DNA of 64,000 nucleotides from Camelus ferus (GCF_009834535.1 NC_045697.1:110424001-110488000); one strand, 5' to 3'. Counted from the first letter of the stretch, positions 11,971-26,317 are shown. Numbers and translations are program-made. The notes: generated from the sequence alone by a model not told the origin.

Positions 11971-13608
11971 TAGGAGCAAGAGTGTCATTTTAGTGCAGTG
12001 AATTAAAAAGATCTAAGACCTTTGTAACTGAATTAGTAAGGCTTGAATGACATAAAAAGATAATTCATTATATTTTAGAAGAGAAAAATTATATTGTTAT
12101 TTATAGTCCTAGGTATATTAAAGTAAATAACTCAAAGGTCTATGTTCAAAATTTTATTGAGATTCTTTTCTATTTATGAATTTCTTCTTTTCTATAAAAT
12201 AGTAAGTAAGCTCAACATGATATTGACTAAATATTTTATTTTGATAACAGGTTTGTGGAGAAGGAATTCTTGGTTCCGTAATTTTTTCAGTCTGTTATTC
12301 ATTTCATTTTATAGAGCCCCCAAAATGCCAAGAACTTCTGTGTTTTATTTTGTACAACTAGTGTGTGGTAAGGTCAGGATATAAACTAGAGGCCTTTTAA
12401 AATTATATAGGAAATTTTAGATGCTTGATAAAACCCAGAAACAGGAGCCAGGTGTCAAAGTGTAGATATTTCACTGTTCATAGAAATGTGTGCTCTATTG
12501 CCACTATGGTGGCTTAATCACCATATTTACTCCACTGAATTAGAACTCGTGAATGTAGAACTTAAAATGAAAGGTTACTGTGAAAGTCAACTTTTGATTT
12601 GTTGTTTGGAAGGTATGTTTTATTAAAAGATGCTGGAAAACAGTACCTCTGCCTTTTTCTCTTGCTGTGCCTATGAATCTCAATAGAGTCAGATAATTAA
12701 ATTGTCAAGTAGATTCATTAAGTTGGTTTTAGACAGATTGACAGTAAACATAATGGGAAAAGTAGACGTTTACTTTAATTATTGGTCCTATTAAAAACAA
12801 TTGTATCTCGTATTTGTACTTGAAGAAATGTTTCACATCTGAAGACACACTTAGTTTCATCATAATAGGTCTACGCAGTAGTTAGGAAGCTGATATGATC
12901 TGCATTTTACTAAAAGGGAAAATTGTGTCATGGAGAAAAGAACTGACTTAATTAAAGACAAGCAGGTCTTTAGAAGAAGCGGCAGAACTCGTCCTCACAT
13001 TTCTGCTCCTTTTTAGTGCCCTCGCAGATGACCACACGTTTCAAAGAAAGGGATTGCTGGATTCTTCAAGTTTTCAAATAAGACATTTTTATTTACATAT
13101 CTATAAGCTATAACTCTATTTCAAAGTAGGATAATTGATTCATTCTGTAATAAACTATCCAATGACTGTATTTCCTCTATGGTGTAGATATTCTAAGGAG
13201 AAATGGAGTTACAGCAGTTATACACACATAATTTAAGATCACCTGACATGTGAAGAAACTAATCAAAATCAATGGGATAAAAGAGGGAAATGAAAAAAAT
13301 AGGAATTTTACCAAGATAATTTTAGCAGTTTTTCCAAGCTGTAATTACCATGTGTCAAGTTGTGTTCTTTAGATAAAATTAATTATTATTCATTTATCGG
13401 GGACTAAGAGTGTTATCTATTTTTAATAAAGTGTTTATTTTTGTGGACATGCATGGCATAATCAGGAAAACATAATAATAAACTCCTTAGAGTAATCGTG
13501 CAAACCAGAGATAGTTATACGGTCCAGAAAAAAAATCTTTCATGCAAACACAGATTTGTGCCTTTTTTTTGAGCTATGCATTTGTTAATTTCTAATCTTT
13601 GTTAATAG

Positions 13609-13706
13609 GGTCCTCGAGAAGTGGTCCTCTGGCTTTCAGCTCATCATAAACAGAAGGCAGTAAAAAGTTTTTTCAAGAGAAATTGCACCAGCAGGGACTG
13701 TAATGG
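13609..13706 (+). pseudogene. AtuA-like pseudoexon: GPREVVLWLSAHHKQKAVK/VFSREIAPAGTVM(A)
   Basis: Acceptor tttgttaatag, donor ATGG|gtaaat. 98 nt where 3n+1 is required; the frame shifts around the A5/T6 runs at 13662-13673. Confidence 0.9.
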
Positions 13707-14614
13707 GTAAATACACATATTTTTACGGTTACAGCTCTGAAAATCCCTTGCCTTCTTACCACCAGCTCAGTTATAGTATTCATTAGTTTGACCTTCTGAA
13801 CTTGGCAACATGTGCTACGCTACGTGGGTCATGCTGTTCTCAAACCCCTCTTGCCTTTGAGCATTTAAACATTCATCAAGTATATAGCTTTAAACATTCA
13901 TCCTTTAAACCTTTAAACATTCATCAACCTTTAAACATTCATCAAGTATATACCCCTTCTCGTAATATTTATTTCAAGTTCATCGAAATTTTAGAAACCT
14001 CCTGACATTAAGTGTGGCTGTACCTGTTTTCCCATTATGTGTTTGTCAAATGATGGATTTAGGTGGTTGTCCCAGACAAAGCAACCTCGTGGAGTTCATT
14101 TTGGGTTTGCTGTGCCCATGCCGCCACTCCCATCCTGGCTTCCGGTCTCCCTACATTCAGATCCATTTGTCCAGAATGGTCTCTTCTTTCCTGGTGCCCC
14201 GTGACGAGGCATGATGGTGCCATGTGCCACGCCACCCCCGGGCACACAGGGCCGTGCCTGCAGTGCTCTGGCTTTTCCCTTACAGCTGAAATGGACCTGC
14301 CATGATCCCAGGACCAGGCCACTCAGGAGGCTTCAGTTTCTAATCCAATGAACTCATTCCTTCATTGGGACATAATTTTTGAAAGGCCTTGAATTCCCAC
14401 ATTGTACATATGGAGAAACTGAGGCTTAGGGAGGTGAAGTGGGTAACCTGAGAGAGGGCAGGCATCCTCCTCTGGCTCCCAAGAAGAAAAATAAAATCTT
14501 ATAGTCACGTGAATGTCCCAGGGAGAAGTTCTATTCTGTGGCCACGTCTTACCTCTTCCACCAATGATGAAAGTGGAGTGGAAAATTGAATTTTGGCAGT
14601 GCAAAACTTACATT

Positions 14615-15780
14615 TTAAAATTAAAACAAAGCAAAAATCAACAAGTGGAACTACATTCAACTAAAAAGTGTCTGCACAGCAAAAGAAGCAATCAACAAAA
14701 TGAGAAGGCAACATATAGAATGGGGGAAAATATTTGCAAACCACATACCTGATAAGGGGTTAATATTCAAAATATATAAGGAACTTGTACAATTCAATAG
14801 CAGAAAAAAAAGTCCAATTTAAAAAAAATGGGCAGAGAACTTGAATAGACAGTTTTCCAAAGAAGACATACATATGGACATGAAGACAAACAAGTCCATG
14901 AGGAGGTGCTCAGTATCACTAATCATCAGTGAAATGCAAACCAGAACCACAACGAGATATCACCTCTTAGCTTTTAGAATGGCAGTTACCAAAAGACAAG
15001 AGATAACAAGTGCTTGTGAAGATGTAGAGAAAAGGGAACCTTTGTACATGTTTAGTAGGAATGTAAATTGGTGCAGCCACTATGCAAAATAGTATGGAGG
15101 GTCTTCAAAAAATTGAAACTACCATATGATCCAGCAGTTCCACTTCTGGGTATTTATCCAAAGGAAATGAAAACACTAACCCAAAAAGATATGTGCACCC
15201 TTCTGTTCTTTGCAACATTATGTACAACAGCCAAGACATGGAAGCAACTTAAGTGTCCATGGATGGATGAATGAATAAAAAAAATGTGGTGTATATATAT
15301 AAACATAGATGGACCTTGAAGGCATTAGCCTGAGTGAAATAAGTCAGATAGAGAAAGACAGACACTGTATGATCTCTCTTGTATATGGGATCAGAAACAT
15401 GGAGCTCATGGAAACAGAGAATAGAATGCTGGTTGCCTAGGCCTAGGGGTAGGGGAATTGGGGAAGTGTTGGTCAAAGGGTCCAAAGATTCAGTTCTAAG
15501 TTGAGTAAGTTCTGGAGATAATGTGCAGCGTGCTGACCTCGCTGTTCTGTATACTCGAAAGTTGCTGTGAGAATAGAGCTTTAATGTTCTCACCATAACA
15601 ACAAGAAGAAAGTGATAATTATGTGCGGTGAAGGGTGTGCTAACTCACCTTACTGTGGTAAACATTTTGCAAAATATGTGGTGCATCAAAGCATCACGTT
15701 GTACGCCTTAAACTTACACAGTGTTATATGTCAATTAGACCTCAATAAAGCTACAGAAGAATTAAATTAAATTAAAACAA
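14615..15780 (+). mobile_element. Old L1M 3' fragment (degenerate ORF2 C-terminus + 3'UTR)
   Basis: Frameshifted ORF2 peptides ([25 protein letters not shown]); AATAAA near 15744 and A-rich tail. Confidence 0.85.
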
Positions 15781-15800
15781 GAACCACATTAGGGAAAGAG

Positions 15801-17255
15801 CAGAGGTACATTCACAAAAAAGCTAGTGGAGCTTAAACTCCAGGGCCCCTCACTTACACATCTCCTTCTGGGGCTCTACTGTTGTGCTCACATAGTCAGA
15901 TATTTTTGTAAATTTTCTAAGAGTAAGATGTTTTATCTGTAAGAATATTATTGTCTCTTTCCACTTTTCCCTTTCATCAAACTTTTCCATAGACTGTGTT
16001 TCTGTGCCCCCCCCAGCCTGATCTGTGTCCGGTATTGTCAGCCTTTGTGGTGTCGGCTGTGTGATACATAGTCTACAATAGTCCTGCCCAGCCACACTGA
16101 CTCACCTAATTTCACGAAGTGGACAGTGGAGCCAGAAGTTTAGTTGCTGTGTTGAATGGTCCAGCATCAGAAATACAGCGTAGTGGAGGAGAAGCAGATT
16201 TGAAAGGTGTGCAGGCAGAAGCTAGTCCATATGTGGAAAATTCTTCTAATCATTACGTGCATAAAATTCATCAAACGTGTAAAATTCGTTAGGCCTGTAG
16301 GCAGAATTGAATTCTCACTGTCACCTAATCAAAACTAGAGGTTTTATATTCCTTTTATATTTTATATTCCTTCTCAGAAATATAACTGACAGTGAAACAT
16401 CTGTAATTATAATAGCACACCAAAGTGAAATTACTCTGACTATATGTCTATGTGTGATCAATAGATACTCTTCTATCAAGAATTAAACCATAAGAAATTT
16501 GCAGACCAAGTCAAAAGCAGTCATTCATGGAGAGTGAGAAATTTCGAATAGAAAGTAATTAATTAAGTGATGTAATGAATCATATGAACACACTGGAAAA
16601 AGATCTAACTTTCTCGCTGATTTGACAACAAGTACTTCCATCAGTAAACTAGCAAAAACCTTATAACACCCCACAAAATGAACCATCAGTGACAAGCTGG
16701 TTGAGTGTTGTCATAAAGCACTCAAGATTAACTTGCACAAGAGAATCAAAATGCCCTGAAATCTTACGACTCAAGCATGAAGGAGACTTCTGTCCCAAGC
16801 TTAAACTTACAGGACATAAAAGAGTTGTGAAGCTGAATATTTTTTGCAAAACTGTTAATGATAAAGAATACGTTTCAATCTGCTGTGCTGAAGAAATAAC
16901 TGAAAAACCTTTTGACTATTTACATAGAAATTTAAAATAGTATTTGCAATTGCATTTGTATATATTTGCATTTATATTTACATAGAAATTATTTGCATTT
17001 GAAGAGATGATCAGAGTATGCAGCACAGAAATGTAGGAAAAGATATGGGAGAAGATATTAGGCAATAAATTAATAAAAATTATACTTTCTTCTACATTCT
17101 GTGATATTAGTGGCACTTGTCAGCTTTCTAAAATTTTATAACGTGATTTTTTTCTCATTCATTTTCATATCTGATTTTATAATTTATTATTTTTCTCAAC
17201 AAACTTTCTGCAAATTCTATTAGCTTCAGGCCTCATGAAACCTGGATCAGCTCCA
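15801..17255 (+). mobile_element. hAT DNA transposon relic (Arthur1/Tip100-like)
   Basis: Ends resemble CAGAGG...AAGCT..TG.AGCTTAA.CT.CAGGGCCCCTCACTT and GCTTCAGGCC.CA..AAACCTGGATC; family by recognition only. Confidence 0.55.
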
Positions 17256-17287
17256 CCTCTAATTAATGATTCTGCTACTTGATTTTT

Positions 17288-20200
17288 TTTAACATTTTTT
17301 ATTGATTTATAATCATTTTACAATGTTGTGTCAAATTCCAGTGTTCAGCACAATTTTTCAGTTATTCATGGACATATACACACTCATTGTCACATTTTTT
17401 TCTATGTGAGTTATCATAACATTTTGTGTATATTTCCCTGTGCTATACAGTGTAGTCTATTCTACAATTTTGAAATCCCAGTCTATCCCTTCCCGCCAGT
17501 CCACCCCCCTGGTAACCACAAGTCTGTATTCTCTGTCTGTGAGTCTATTTCTGTCCTTTATTTACGCTTTGTTTTTGTTTGTTTATTTGTTTTTGTTTTT
17601 GTTTTTTAGATTCCACATATGAGCGATCTCATATGGTATTTTTGTTTCTCTTTCTGGCTTACTTCACTTAGAATGACATTCTCCAGGAGCATCCATGTTG
17701 CTGCAAATGGCATTATGTTGTCGGTTTTTATGGCTGAGTAGTATTCCATTGTATAAATATACCACCTCTTCTTTATCCAGTCACCTGTTGATGGACATTT
17801 AGGCTGTTTCCATGTTTTGGCTACTGTAAATAGTGCTGCTATGAACATTGGGGTGCAGGTGTCATCCTGAAGTAGACTTCCTTCTGGATACAAGCCCAGG
17901 AGTGGGATTCCTGGGTCATATGGTAAGTCTATTCCTAGTCTTTTGAGGAATCTCCACACTGTTTTCCATAGTGGCTGCACCAAACTGCATTCCCACCAGC
18001 AGTGTAGGAGGGTTCCCCTTTCTCCACAGCCTCTCCAGCATTTGTCATTTGTGGATTTTTGAATGACGGCCATTCTGACTGGTGTGAGGTGATACCTCAT
18101 AGTAGTTTTGATTTGCATTTCTCTGATAATTAGTGATATTGAGCATTTTTTCATGTGCTTTTTGATCATTTGTATGTCTTCCTTGGAGAATTGCTTGTTT
18201 AGGTCTTCTGCCCATTTTTGGATTGGGTTGTTTATTTTTTTCTTATTGAGTCGTATGAGCTGCTTATATATTCTGGAGATCAAGCATTTGTCGGTTTCAC
18301 TTGCAAAAATTTTCTCCCATTCCGTAGGTTTTCTTCTTGTTTTATTTCTGGTTTCCTTTGCTGTGCAGAAGCTTGTAAGTTTCATTAGGTCCCATTTGTT
18401 TATTCTTGCTTTTATTTCTTCTAGGAGAAAATTTTTTAAATGTATGTCAGATAATGTTTTGCCTATGTTTTCCTCTAGGAGGTTTATTGTATCTTGTCTT
18501 ATGTTTAAGTCTTTAATCCATTTTGAGTTGATTTTTGTATATGGTGTAAGGGAGTGTTCTAGCTTCATTGCTTTACATGCTGCTGTCCAGTTTTCCCAAC
18601 ACCATTTCCTGAAGAGACTGTCTTTATTCCAATGTATATTCTTGCCTCCTTTGTCAAAGATGAGTTGACCAAAAGTTTGTGGGTTCATTTCTGGGCTCTC
18701 TATTCTGTTCCATTGGTCTATATGTCTGTTTTGGTACCAATACCATGCTGTCTTGATGACTGTAGCTCTATAGTATTGTCTGAAGTCTGGGAGAGTTATT
18801 CCTCCAGCCTCTTTCTTTCTCTTCAGTAATGCTTTGGCAATTCTAGGTCTTTGATGGTTCCATATGAATTTTATTATGATTTTTTCTAGTTCTGTGAAAT
18901 CTGTCCTGGGTAATTGGATAGGGATTGCATTAAATCTGTAGATTGCCTTGGGCAGTGTGACCATTTTAACAATATTGATTCTTCCAATCCAAGAGCATGG
19001 AATATCTTTCCATTTTTTAAAGTCTTCTTTAATTTCCTTCATCAATGGTTTATAGTTTTCTGTGTATAATTCTTTCACCTCCTTGGTTAGATTTATTCCC
19101 AGATATTTTATTACTTTGGGTGCTATTTTAAAGGGGATTGTTTCTTTACTTTCTTCTTCTGTTGATTTATCGTTAGTGTAAAGAAATGCAACTGATTTTT
19201 GAACGTTAATTTTGTAACCTGCTACCTTGCTGAATTCTTCAATCAGCTCTAGTAGCTTTTGTGTGGACCTTTTAGGGTTTTCTATATATAGTAACATGTC
19301 ATCAGCATATAATGACACTTTTACCTCTTCTTTTCCAATTTGGATCCCTTTTATTTCTTTCTGTTGCCTGACTGCTGTGGCTAGGACTTCCAGGACTATG
19401 TTGAATAGGAGTGGTGATAGTGGGCATCCTTGTCTTGTCCCAGATTTTAATGGGAAGCTTTTGAGTTTTTCACCGTTGAGTACTATGCTGGCTGTAGGTT
19501 TGTCATATATAGCTTTTATTATGTTGAGATATGTTCCCTCTATACCCACTTTGGCGAGAGTTTTTATCATAAATGGGTGTTGAATTTTATCAAATGCTTT
19601 TTCTGCATCGATTGAGATGATCATGTGGTTTTTGTCCTTTCTCTTGTTGATGTGATGTATTACACTGATTGATTTGCGTATGTTGAACCAGCCTTGTGTC
19701 CCTGGGATGAACCCCACTTGGTCATGATGTATAATCTTTTTTATGTGTTGTTGGATTCTATTTGCTAAAATTTTGGTGAGGATTTTGGCGTCTATGTTCA
19801 TCAGTGATATTGGCCTATAATTCTCTTTTTTTGTAGTGTCTTTGCCTGGTTTTGGTATCAGGGTGATGGTGGCTTCATAGAATGAGTTTGGGAGTAATCC
19901 CTCCTTTTCAATCGTCTGGAAGAGTTTGAGAAGGACTGGTATGAGTTCTTCTTTGTATGTTTGGTAGAATTCCCCGGTGAAGCCATCCGGTCCTGGACTT
20001 TTATTTGTAGGGAGGTTTTTAATTGCTATTTCTATTTCCTTTCTAGCGATCGGATTGTTCAAGTGTTCAGATTCTTCTTGATTCAGTTTTGGTGGACAGT
20101 ATGTTTCCAGAAACTTGTCCATCTCCTCTAGGTTATCCAGTTTGGTTCCATATAGTTTTTCATAATATTCTCGTATGATATTCTGTATTTCTATTTTGTT

Positions 20201-20958
20201 TGTTGTAATTTCTCCATTTTCCTTTCTTATTTTGCTAATTTGTGCTCTCTCTTTTTTCTTCTTTGTGAGTTTGGCCAGAGGTTTGTTGATTTTATTTACT
20301 TTTTCAAAAAACCAGCTTTTGGTTTGGTTGATTTTTTCTATGGTCTTGTTAATCTCTATTGTATTTAATTCCTCTCTGATCTTTATTATTTCCTTCCTTC
20401 TGCTGCTTTTTGGGGCTTTTTGTTCTTCTTTTTCTAATTCATTCAGGTGGTGGGTTAAATTGTTTCTTTGAGATTGTTCTTCTTTTTTGAGGAAGGCCTG
20501 TATCGCTATAAACTTCCCTCTTAGCACTGCCTTTGCTGTGTCCCATAGGTTTTGAGTGGTTGTGCTTTCATTATCATTTGTCTCAAGGTATTTTTTAATT
20601 TCAGCTTTGATTTCCTCATTGATCCATTGTTTTTTCAATAACGTATTGTTTAATCTCCATGCTTTCCTTTTTTTCTCCTTTGTTTCTCTGTTGTTGATTT
20701 CCAGTTTCATGGCATTGTGGTCAGTAAAGATGCTTGAGATAATTTCTATCTTCTTAAAATTGTTGAGGTTTCTTTTGTGCCCAAGTACATGATCGATCCT
20801 GGAAAATGTTCCATGTGCACTTGAAAAGAAGGTATATCCTATTTTTTGGGGGTGTAATGCTCTGAAAATATCCACCAAATCTAGTTTTTCTATTGTAGTA
20901 TTTAATTTCTCTGTTGCCTTGTTTATTTTCTGTCTGGAAGATCTGTCTAGTGATGTTA
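17288..20958 (-). mobile_element. Young 5'-truncated LINE-1 with 17-bp TSD
   Basis: TSD TCTGCTACTTGATTTTT at 17271-17287 and 20959-20975; TTTTT/AA endonuclease site; 3'UTR and T-rich tail on + strand. Confidence 0.97.
17606..20878 (-). CDS. LINE-1 ORF2p, N-terminally truncated (partial endonuclease, complete RT and Cys-rich domain)
   Basis: 1090-aa open frame with YRPISL, QGCPLSP, YADD and CWRGC...HCWWEC. Frame stays open up to the truncation point near 20957. No promoter or native start. Confidence 0.93.
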   Translation of the reverse strand: MVDIFRALHPQKIGYTFFSSAHGTFSRIDHVLGHKRNLNNFKKIEIISSIFTDHNAMKLEINNRETKEKKRKAWRLNNTLLKKQWINEEIKAEIKKYLETNDNESTTTQNLWDTAKAVLRGKFIAIQAFLKKEEQSQRNNLTHHLNELEKEEQKAPKSSRRKEIIKIREELNTIEINKTIEKINQTKSWFFEKVNKINKPLAKLTKKKKERAQISKIRKENGEITTNKIEIQNIIREYYEKLYGTKLDNLEEMDKFLETYCPPKLNQEESEHLNNPIARKEIEIAIKNLPTNKSPGPDGFTGEFYQTYKEELIPVLLKLFQTIEKEGLLPNSFYEATITLIPKPGKDTTKKENYRPISLMNIDAKILTKILANRIQQHIKKIIHHDQVGFIPGTQGWFNIRKSISVIHHINKRKDKNHMIISIDAEKAFDKIQHPFMIKTLAKVGIEGTYLNIIKAIYDKPTASIVLNGEKLKSFPLKSGTRQGCPLSPLLFNIVLEVLATAVRQQKEIKGIQIGKEEVKVSLYADDMLLYIENPKRSTQKLLELIEEFSKVAGYKINVQKSVAFLYTNDKSTEEESKETIPFKIAPKVIKYLGINLTKEVKELYTENYKPLMKEIKEDFKKWKDIPCSWIGRINIVKMVTLPKAIYRFNAIPIQLPRTDFTELEKIIIKFIWNHQRPRIAKALLKRKKEAGGITLPDFRQYYRATVIKTAWYWYQNRHIDQWNRIESPEMNPQTFGQLIFDKGGKNIHWNKDSLFRKWCWENWTAACKAMKLEHSLTPYTKINSKWIKDLNIRQDTINLLEENIGKTLSDIHLKNFLLEEIKARINKWDLMKLTSFCTAKETRNKTRRKPTEWEKIFASETDKCLISRIYKQLIRLNKKKINNPIQKWAEDLNKQFSKEDIQMIKKHMKKCSISLIIREMQIKTTMRYHLTPVRMAVIQKSTNDKCWRGCGERGTLLHCWWECSLVQPLWKTVWRFLKRLGIDLPYDPGIPLLGLYPEGSLLQDDTCTPMFIAALFTVAKTWKQPKCPSTGDWIKKRWYIYTMEYYSAIKTDNIMPFAATWMLLENVILSEVSQKEKQKYHMRSLICGI

Positions 20959-23900
20959 TCTGCTACTTGATTTTTAATGTTAAAAACAAGTTAGAAAACG
21001 TTTTAAAGCCCCAGTTCCTTCTCTTTTTTGAGAACAGTAATGAATAATGAATAATACCCTACAGGGTTATCAGGTTCTCAGAGAAAGACAGAGGGAGAGG
21101 AGAGAGGGGAAGTAAAGGGAGAAGGGAGGGAGGGAGGGGGGAAATAAATGACAGTATGTTGTGGACCACAAAGCAGCATACATGAGCAAGACACGAAGTG
21201 ATCTCAGTGAAACCCTGCCACAGTATATGGCCTCCTCCTGTCTCGTCTTAGCCTGTTGCTCATAATTTTATCTTTTCCTGATGGTTTGGGATTGTCATTG
21301 TCAACATATGACCCGCACAGCCTGACTCTTTAGAGTGTCCATTCATTTTCAGGTTTGAGAAAACTAAAATCCCCAACTTGATTCAGTCACTGTATTTTGT
21401 AGATTCTGATGCAGCTGAAAACAATTTACTAAGTGATACTGAATTTGGGAAGGAGTTCAGGAGTTCTGGGGCCTCCTATTTAAAGGTCCTCATTTTAGGC
21501 CAAATCTTTCTTACTGTTTCTTCCAATGGAACATTCACAGCACCTCGTCTGCTTTCTAAGGTACAACAGGGGATAGTCTGACCAAATGTTACATCACTGC
21601 ATAAGAAGAGTGACCGGCTTTCTGCTTCCAGTATCTGTGCCTTCATTGCTCAAAGCTCCACCTCCGTCAGTATCTAGTTCCGCATCTGAGGTGCAACACC
21701 TCATTTCCAGGTACCAAATTCCATGTAGGTCAAGGTTCTTGGTCTCAAGCAAAATTCTAGCTAGTTTAAGCAGAAAGAGATTTACTGAAAGTTATCAGGT
21801 GTCTTCCAGAATCTTGGGTGTACCAATTTTAGGTATCCTCAGTCAGACCACACATGCACGCACACACAGACGCAGTGGTCCTAGGGAGCCACAGCTGCAT
21901 CAGGTAGGAGCTGCATGTGAGCCCACCTTGGTTGTCTTGGAAGAACCACATGGCTCCACACTGTGCTCCCCAGAAGATACAGACCCCCTGCATGCAGTGA
22001 TCACATCTCACTGCTTAGTTGTCATTCAAGTCCTGGCTAGCCGCTTCTGCTTGCTGGGGACGTAGGCCACATGCCTGCACCCTAGCTGCAAGGACACTGA
22101 ACAATGTTGGGAGTTAGACTGAGTAAGGGTGAGCCAACCTGCAGAATCTTCCAGCGTTTCCTGCTTCCTTATGAATTCATTGGGAGACTTTAGGCAAGGT
22201 ACTTAACCTCTCTAGCTAATCCATTAGCCTAATACCTAGCATGAGGATTTTGGACTCCTTGAATTCCAAGAGTCCTTATGGTAATACAAATCTGTGTCAA
22301 TACAAATCTGTGTCTGTGCTAGTTAGCATTCTGGCTTCCAGTGATGGAATCCTTACATGAACCTACCTGTGAGAAGGGCTGGGGTGAAGCTGACTTTAGC
22401 CTTGTCTGGCTCATCTGACCTCCCACTGTCTGTGTGTTGGCTGTAAAAAACCAGCTTCTTGTTGAAACTGGAGAAGCAGCCCCTGACGGCCCAGAGGCTC
22501 AGGACCCAGCAACTCTGAGGTTATAGAGGAAAAGGATTCCTCCTTTCCAGAATCCATTTCTCAGTTCTGGAAGAAGGACTCTCAGTAGCCAGGCTTGGTT
22601 TGTGTGACCACTCTTGTGGCCAGAGGGTAGAGTCTTTAACCAGAGAAAGGGCGTCACACAGGCATGGCCAGCTGAGAGACTGCTTGTTTTTGAAGCAGTC
22701 AGCTGCCTCCGTCTGCGACCCAGGCCGACTCTGAGATCTAGGGTGTCCCTGTAGGTGATGCAGGCTTTCTTCATTTGTCATCAGGCTTTTATTTTTATGA
22801 GTTTCAATGTTGGGTGGGGTTTAATAGAAACAAACAGCATATACGACTGAGCACCTGAATTCATGGAGCTTACAGTTTTGTTTTTTTTTTTATAGAGGTA
22901 AAAACAATTAGAGGCATAGAGGTCCTAGCCATAGACAAACAATATAATGGCTTTAAGGAAAGATCTGAAATCCTAAAGCAGATGAATACGGAACTTGAAG
23001 GATGCATTGCATTGATACAGCAGTGTTTGCCAGGCATTTTGTCCCAAGTCATACTCCCAAGGCAAATCACATTTGGCCTGAAACATCATTGGTAAAATAT
23101 AAAACTGACTTTTTTTTTCTCGAATTTTTCCCCATGATCTTTTTTCTTAGATGTTGACTGTGTTGATGTATAGGTAGCATTTTCCTTTGTGAAGTTATGT
23201 TATTGTACTGAATACACTTTGTCTTAAGCTATAAGCGGGACAACATAGTCCTTTGGTCTTTTGCTTTATGAACATAGCTTGTGTAACCTGAAAAAAGTGA
23301 GTTTCTCCTTGGGATCAATCTGAATGAATCTTTGTAATCTGAAGCACATGCATATTAAGTAGAGAAAACTAATTGCAGTAAATCCTGGTAATAATCCGAA
23401 TGTTTTAATAATGTCACATTGTTATTTCTGAAGTTACGTGTAACACTGTTACATAAGGGTCTTATTTTTAAATTGTTTTAGTCCTGTTGGCCTCTGCTTC
23501 TCTGATGATTAAGTTAGACTGGCTTCATTCGATTTTGTTTAGTTGAATTTTATACTTAACATGTCCATCTCAAAGCTTTTGAATGCATTTTATACCCTTT
23601 TCCTTGTGGACAATCCATATAGATGTGGTTAGTGGTTGATACATATTTTGTTTAATTATTTCTTTTTTGGAACATTTATCGCAATTGGCAGTAACCAATT
23701 TATTTACTTCAGTGATGATAGAGGATCACTCCTTGCCTTCAAAAGTAGGATTTATCCATGCTAGTAAGTGGAATATAACTCTTTTAATGACAACCAAGAT
23801 CATTTTAACTTATTTATCCCAGAGTTCATGTCGCTTTTTCATTGTAGAGTTAGTGGCTCTTAGAAACTAAGTGGGGGTCCTTAATATTCCAGGGATTCAG

Positions 23901-24379
23901 TCCACAACATTTAATGAAAGCCAGTGCCCTAGGGAGAACTGCTGTCTCTATAATGCCAGGAAAATTAAAATCTTGGCATTATAATCTAATTGAGAAATCT
24001 ATTTGGAGAGATGGGTTATTAGAGATGAAATGTGTCCTCATGGAACAAAAGGAAACTAAAGACTTGAGGGAGTGGGTATAGGATGTGCTGGAAACACACA
24101 GCAGGAGCCTAAATTACCAAAGCACTGGAAGCTTAAACTGAGCATCCAAAGATTACTAGTAGTGATACTCAGCCTTGTGAAAAGAGTTCTAGTCAGAGGA
24201 AACGCATTAATGCTCAGAAGTAAAAGAGAGGTTGGCAGTTTGAAGTTCCCCTTAACAACAGCGGAAGGTTGGGGTCAGCTGAGGGAGAGGCATTAGGAAA
24301 CGGATGACAGAAAAGGCTAACCTAAGAGAAGATTAGCTGGGCTAAGAGAAGTGGGCTGATCACGGCCCTTTGGGAGGCT

Positions 24380-25220
24380 GAATTTACGGGACTGACTAAT
24401 TAACTGGATTTGAGAAACAAGGGAGAGAGGGGCATCAGAGATGATCCTGGAATCCGGCTTGGAGCCCTGGGTGGCTGGTGGTGCCACTCACTCACGGAGA
24501 AAGAGAACATGGGGGAAGAGGCAGGTTTGGGGGAGTAGGGGGACGTTTCAGGACATCTAGCAGGGAGCTGCTGGAGAGATTCAGATTGAGGAGACAGCAG
24601 TATATACATACTAATTTCATACCAACACACAGGGGGTTTGCAAAAAAGGATCCTTCAAAAGAGGCTTAGAAGGATCTGCCAGAGTAAGGAAGAAAAACTA
24701 GGACAGAATGCTTTTATAAAAATTCAAGGAGAGAAAGTATTTCAAAAAGGAGAGAATGGCTGTGGTGTCAAATGCTATGCAGAAGTCGGTTAAGATAAGA
24801 AGCCGAACAAGTCCCATTGGATTTTGCAGTGAGGATGTTGCTGGTGACCTTGGCCAAAACACTTTCAGTAAAGTGGCCGGGGCTGAACCCAGATGCGGGG
24901 GGTTGCAGAGTGAATGGGAAATAAGGAACTGGAGATAGTGGACGCAGACAGTTCTTTTAAGAAGAATGTTAGTGGAAGGGAGGGTAAAGATAAGGCAGAC
25001 GCCAGAGGAAGATGGAAGACTGAGGGACAGTTTAATGTTTTAAATTTAATACAGGTGAGACTTGAGCATGTTAAACACTGGTGATGTGAACTAATTAGTG
25101 GAGAGATGAAGTTTGCAGATACTGAAGGCAGGGGGTGCAGTCAGTAGAGGGGCATCCCTGAAAAGGTGGAAGATGGATCCGCAGTACTGGCTAAGGGGTT
25201 TCTCATTGTGAAAGGGACAG
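24380..25220. mobile_element. L2 LINE relic (approximate limits)
   Basis: Purine-rich degenerate L2-like segments (gtgtcaaatgct, cattggattt, ggtgaccttg). Confidence 0.55.
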
Positions 25221-26317
25221 GAGAATGGCTTCAGTGTCAGGAGTGCTTTCAACTGCAAACAACGGAATACCCAACTACTCATCCTGCCTCACTCAAGCAG
25301 AGGTTTATTTTTCTCACGTGACAGTATTTTTCTCAGCTAAGCAACTGCTGGCATGGCTCCGGCAGTCAGTGATGTCAGCACTAAGGGGGTGGACATCCCT
25401 GTATTTGTCTTGGCCTTTCCGCTGTGAGCAAGGCAAAAAAAAAAAAGAGGGAAGGGATGTGTTGGCTACACTTGGTCCCATAATAATCACTAAAGTGTTT
25501 CCAGAGGCTGCCAGGAGACGTCTGCGTACATCTCATTGGCCAGCGCGGTGTCACTTGACCGCGCCCCTCTACAAAGAAGCCTGCGGGCACTTTCCCATCC
25601 TCAGGTGGAAGGGGTCATGGGAGACAGGACTTGGGAATGGCAGTTGATCGGCCAAATGGTCTACCACGGAGCAAGGGCAGATTTTATCAGTTTGAGAGCA
25701 TGTAGATGAAAGACTTGCCATCTGATGTTTCTGTTTGCTTTGAACTTGGAAATGAGGTCGTCTGCTCAGAGAGTAATGGAACATTTGCAAGTGGTGAGAA
25801 TAGGAAACGCCCTCTTTGGAGATTTAGAGATACTGGGGACTGGGGATTTCTGAGCTCAGTTGAGATTAGAGACCCTGGAGTCCCAGGGTACTACTGGAGG
25901 ATTGTGTGACTTCTCATTAAGTGACGACGGGACAGGAGGAATGTTATTCTTCCCTGTGTATCACATATTTGATGCATATAAAGTGATTGCCCTATTTAAT
26001 CATTTTTATTTTGAATTCTGCTTATATGAAATGCATATGGTTACTCTTTTTAAATTTTTAAGATTATGCTGTATAAATCATTACCTCCCTGTAGGTATGT
26101 CTGTTATAGATTTACCTACCGATGTTGGAGGAGGTTAATAACATATACATTCCTGTGGATTTTTTAACATATACATTCCTGTGCTTTTTATTTTGATAGT
26201 TTTCAGATCTATAGAAAATTTTAAAGACTAGTAGAATGAATACCTTTATCACTAATTAACACGTTCCCACATTTTCTCCTTTCTCTGTCTCTTTGTCCTT
26301 TCTCTCTCTCTCTCCAG

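Noticed and set aside
13864..13950. CRISPR-like repeat-spacer array
   Set aside because: Eukaryotic context; 14-bp units with very short, self-similar linkers.
18108..20792. Plus-strand ORFs of 65-186 aa
   Set aside because: Antisense shadows of L1 ORF2.
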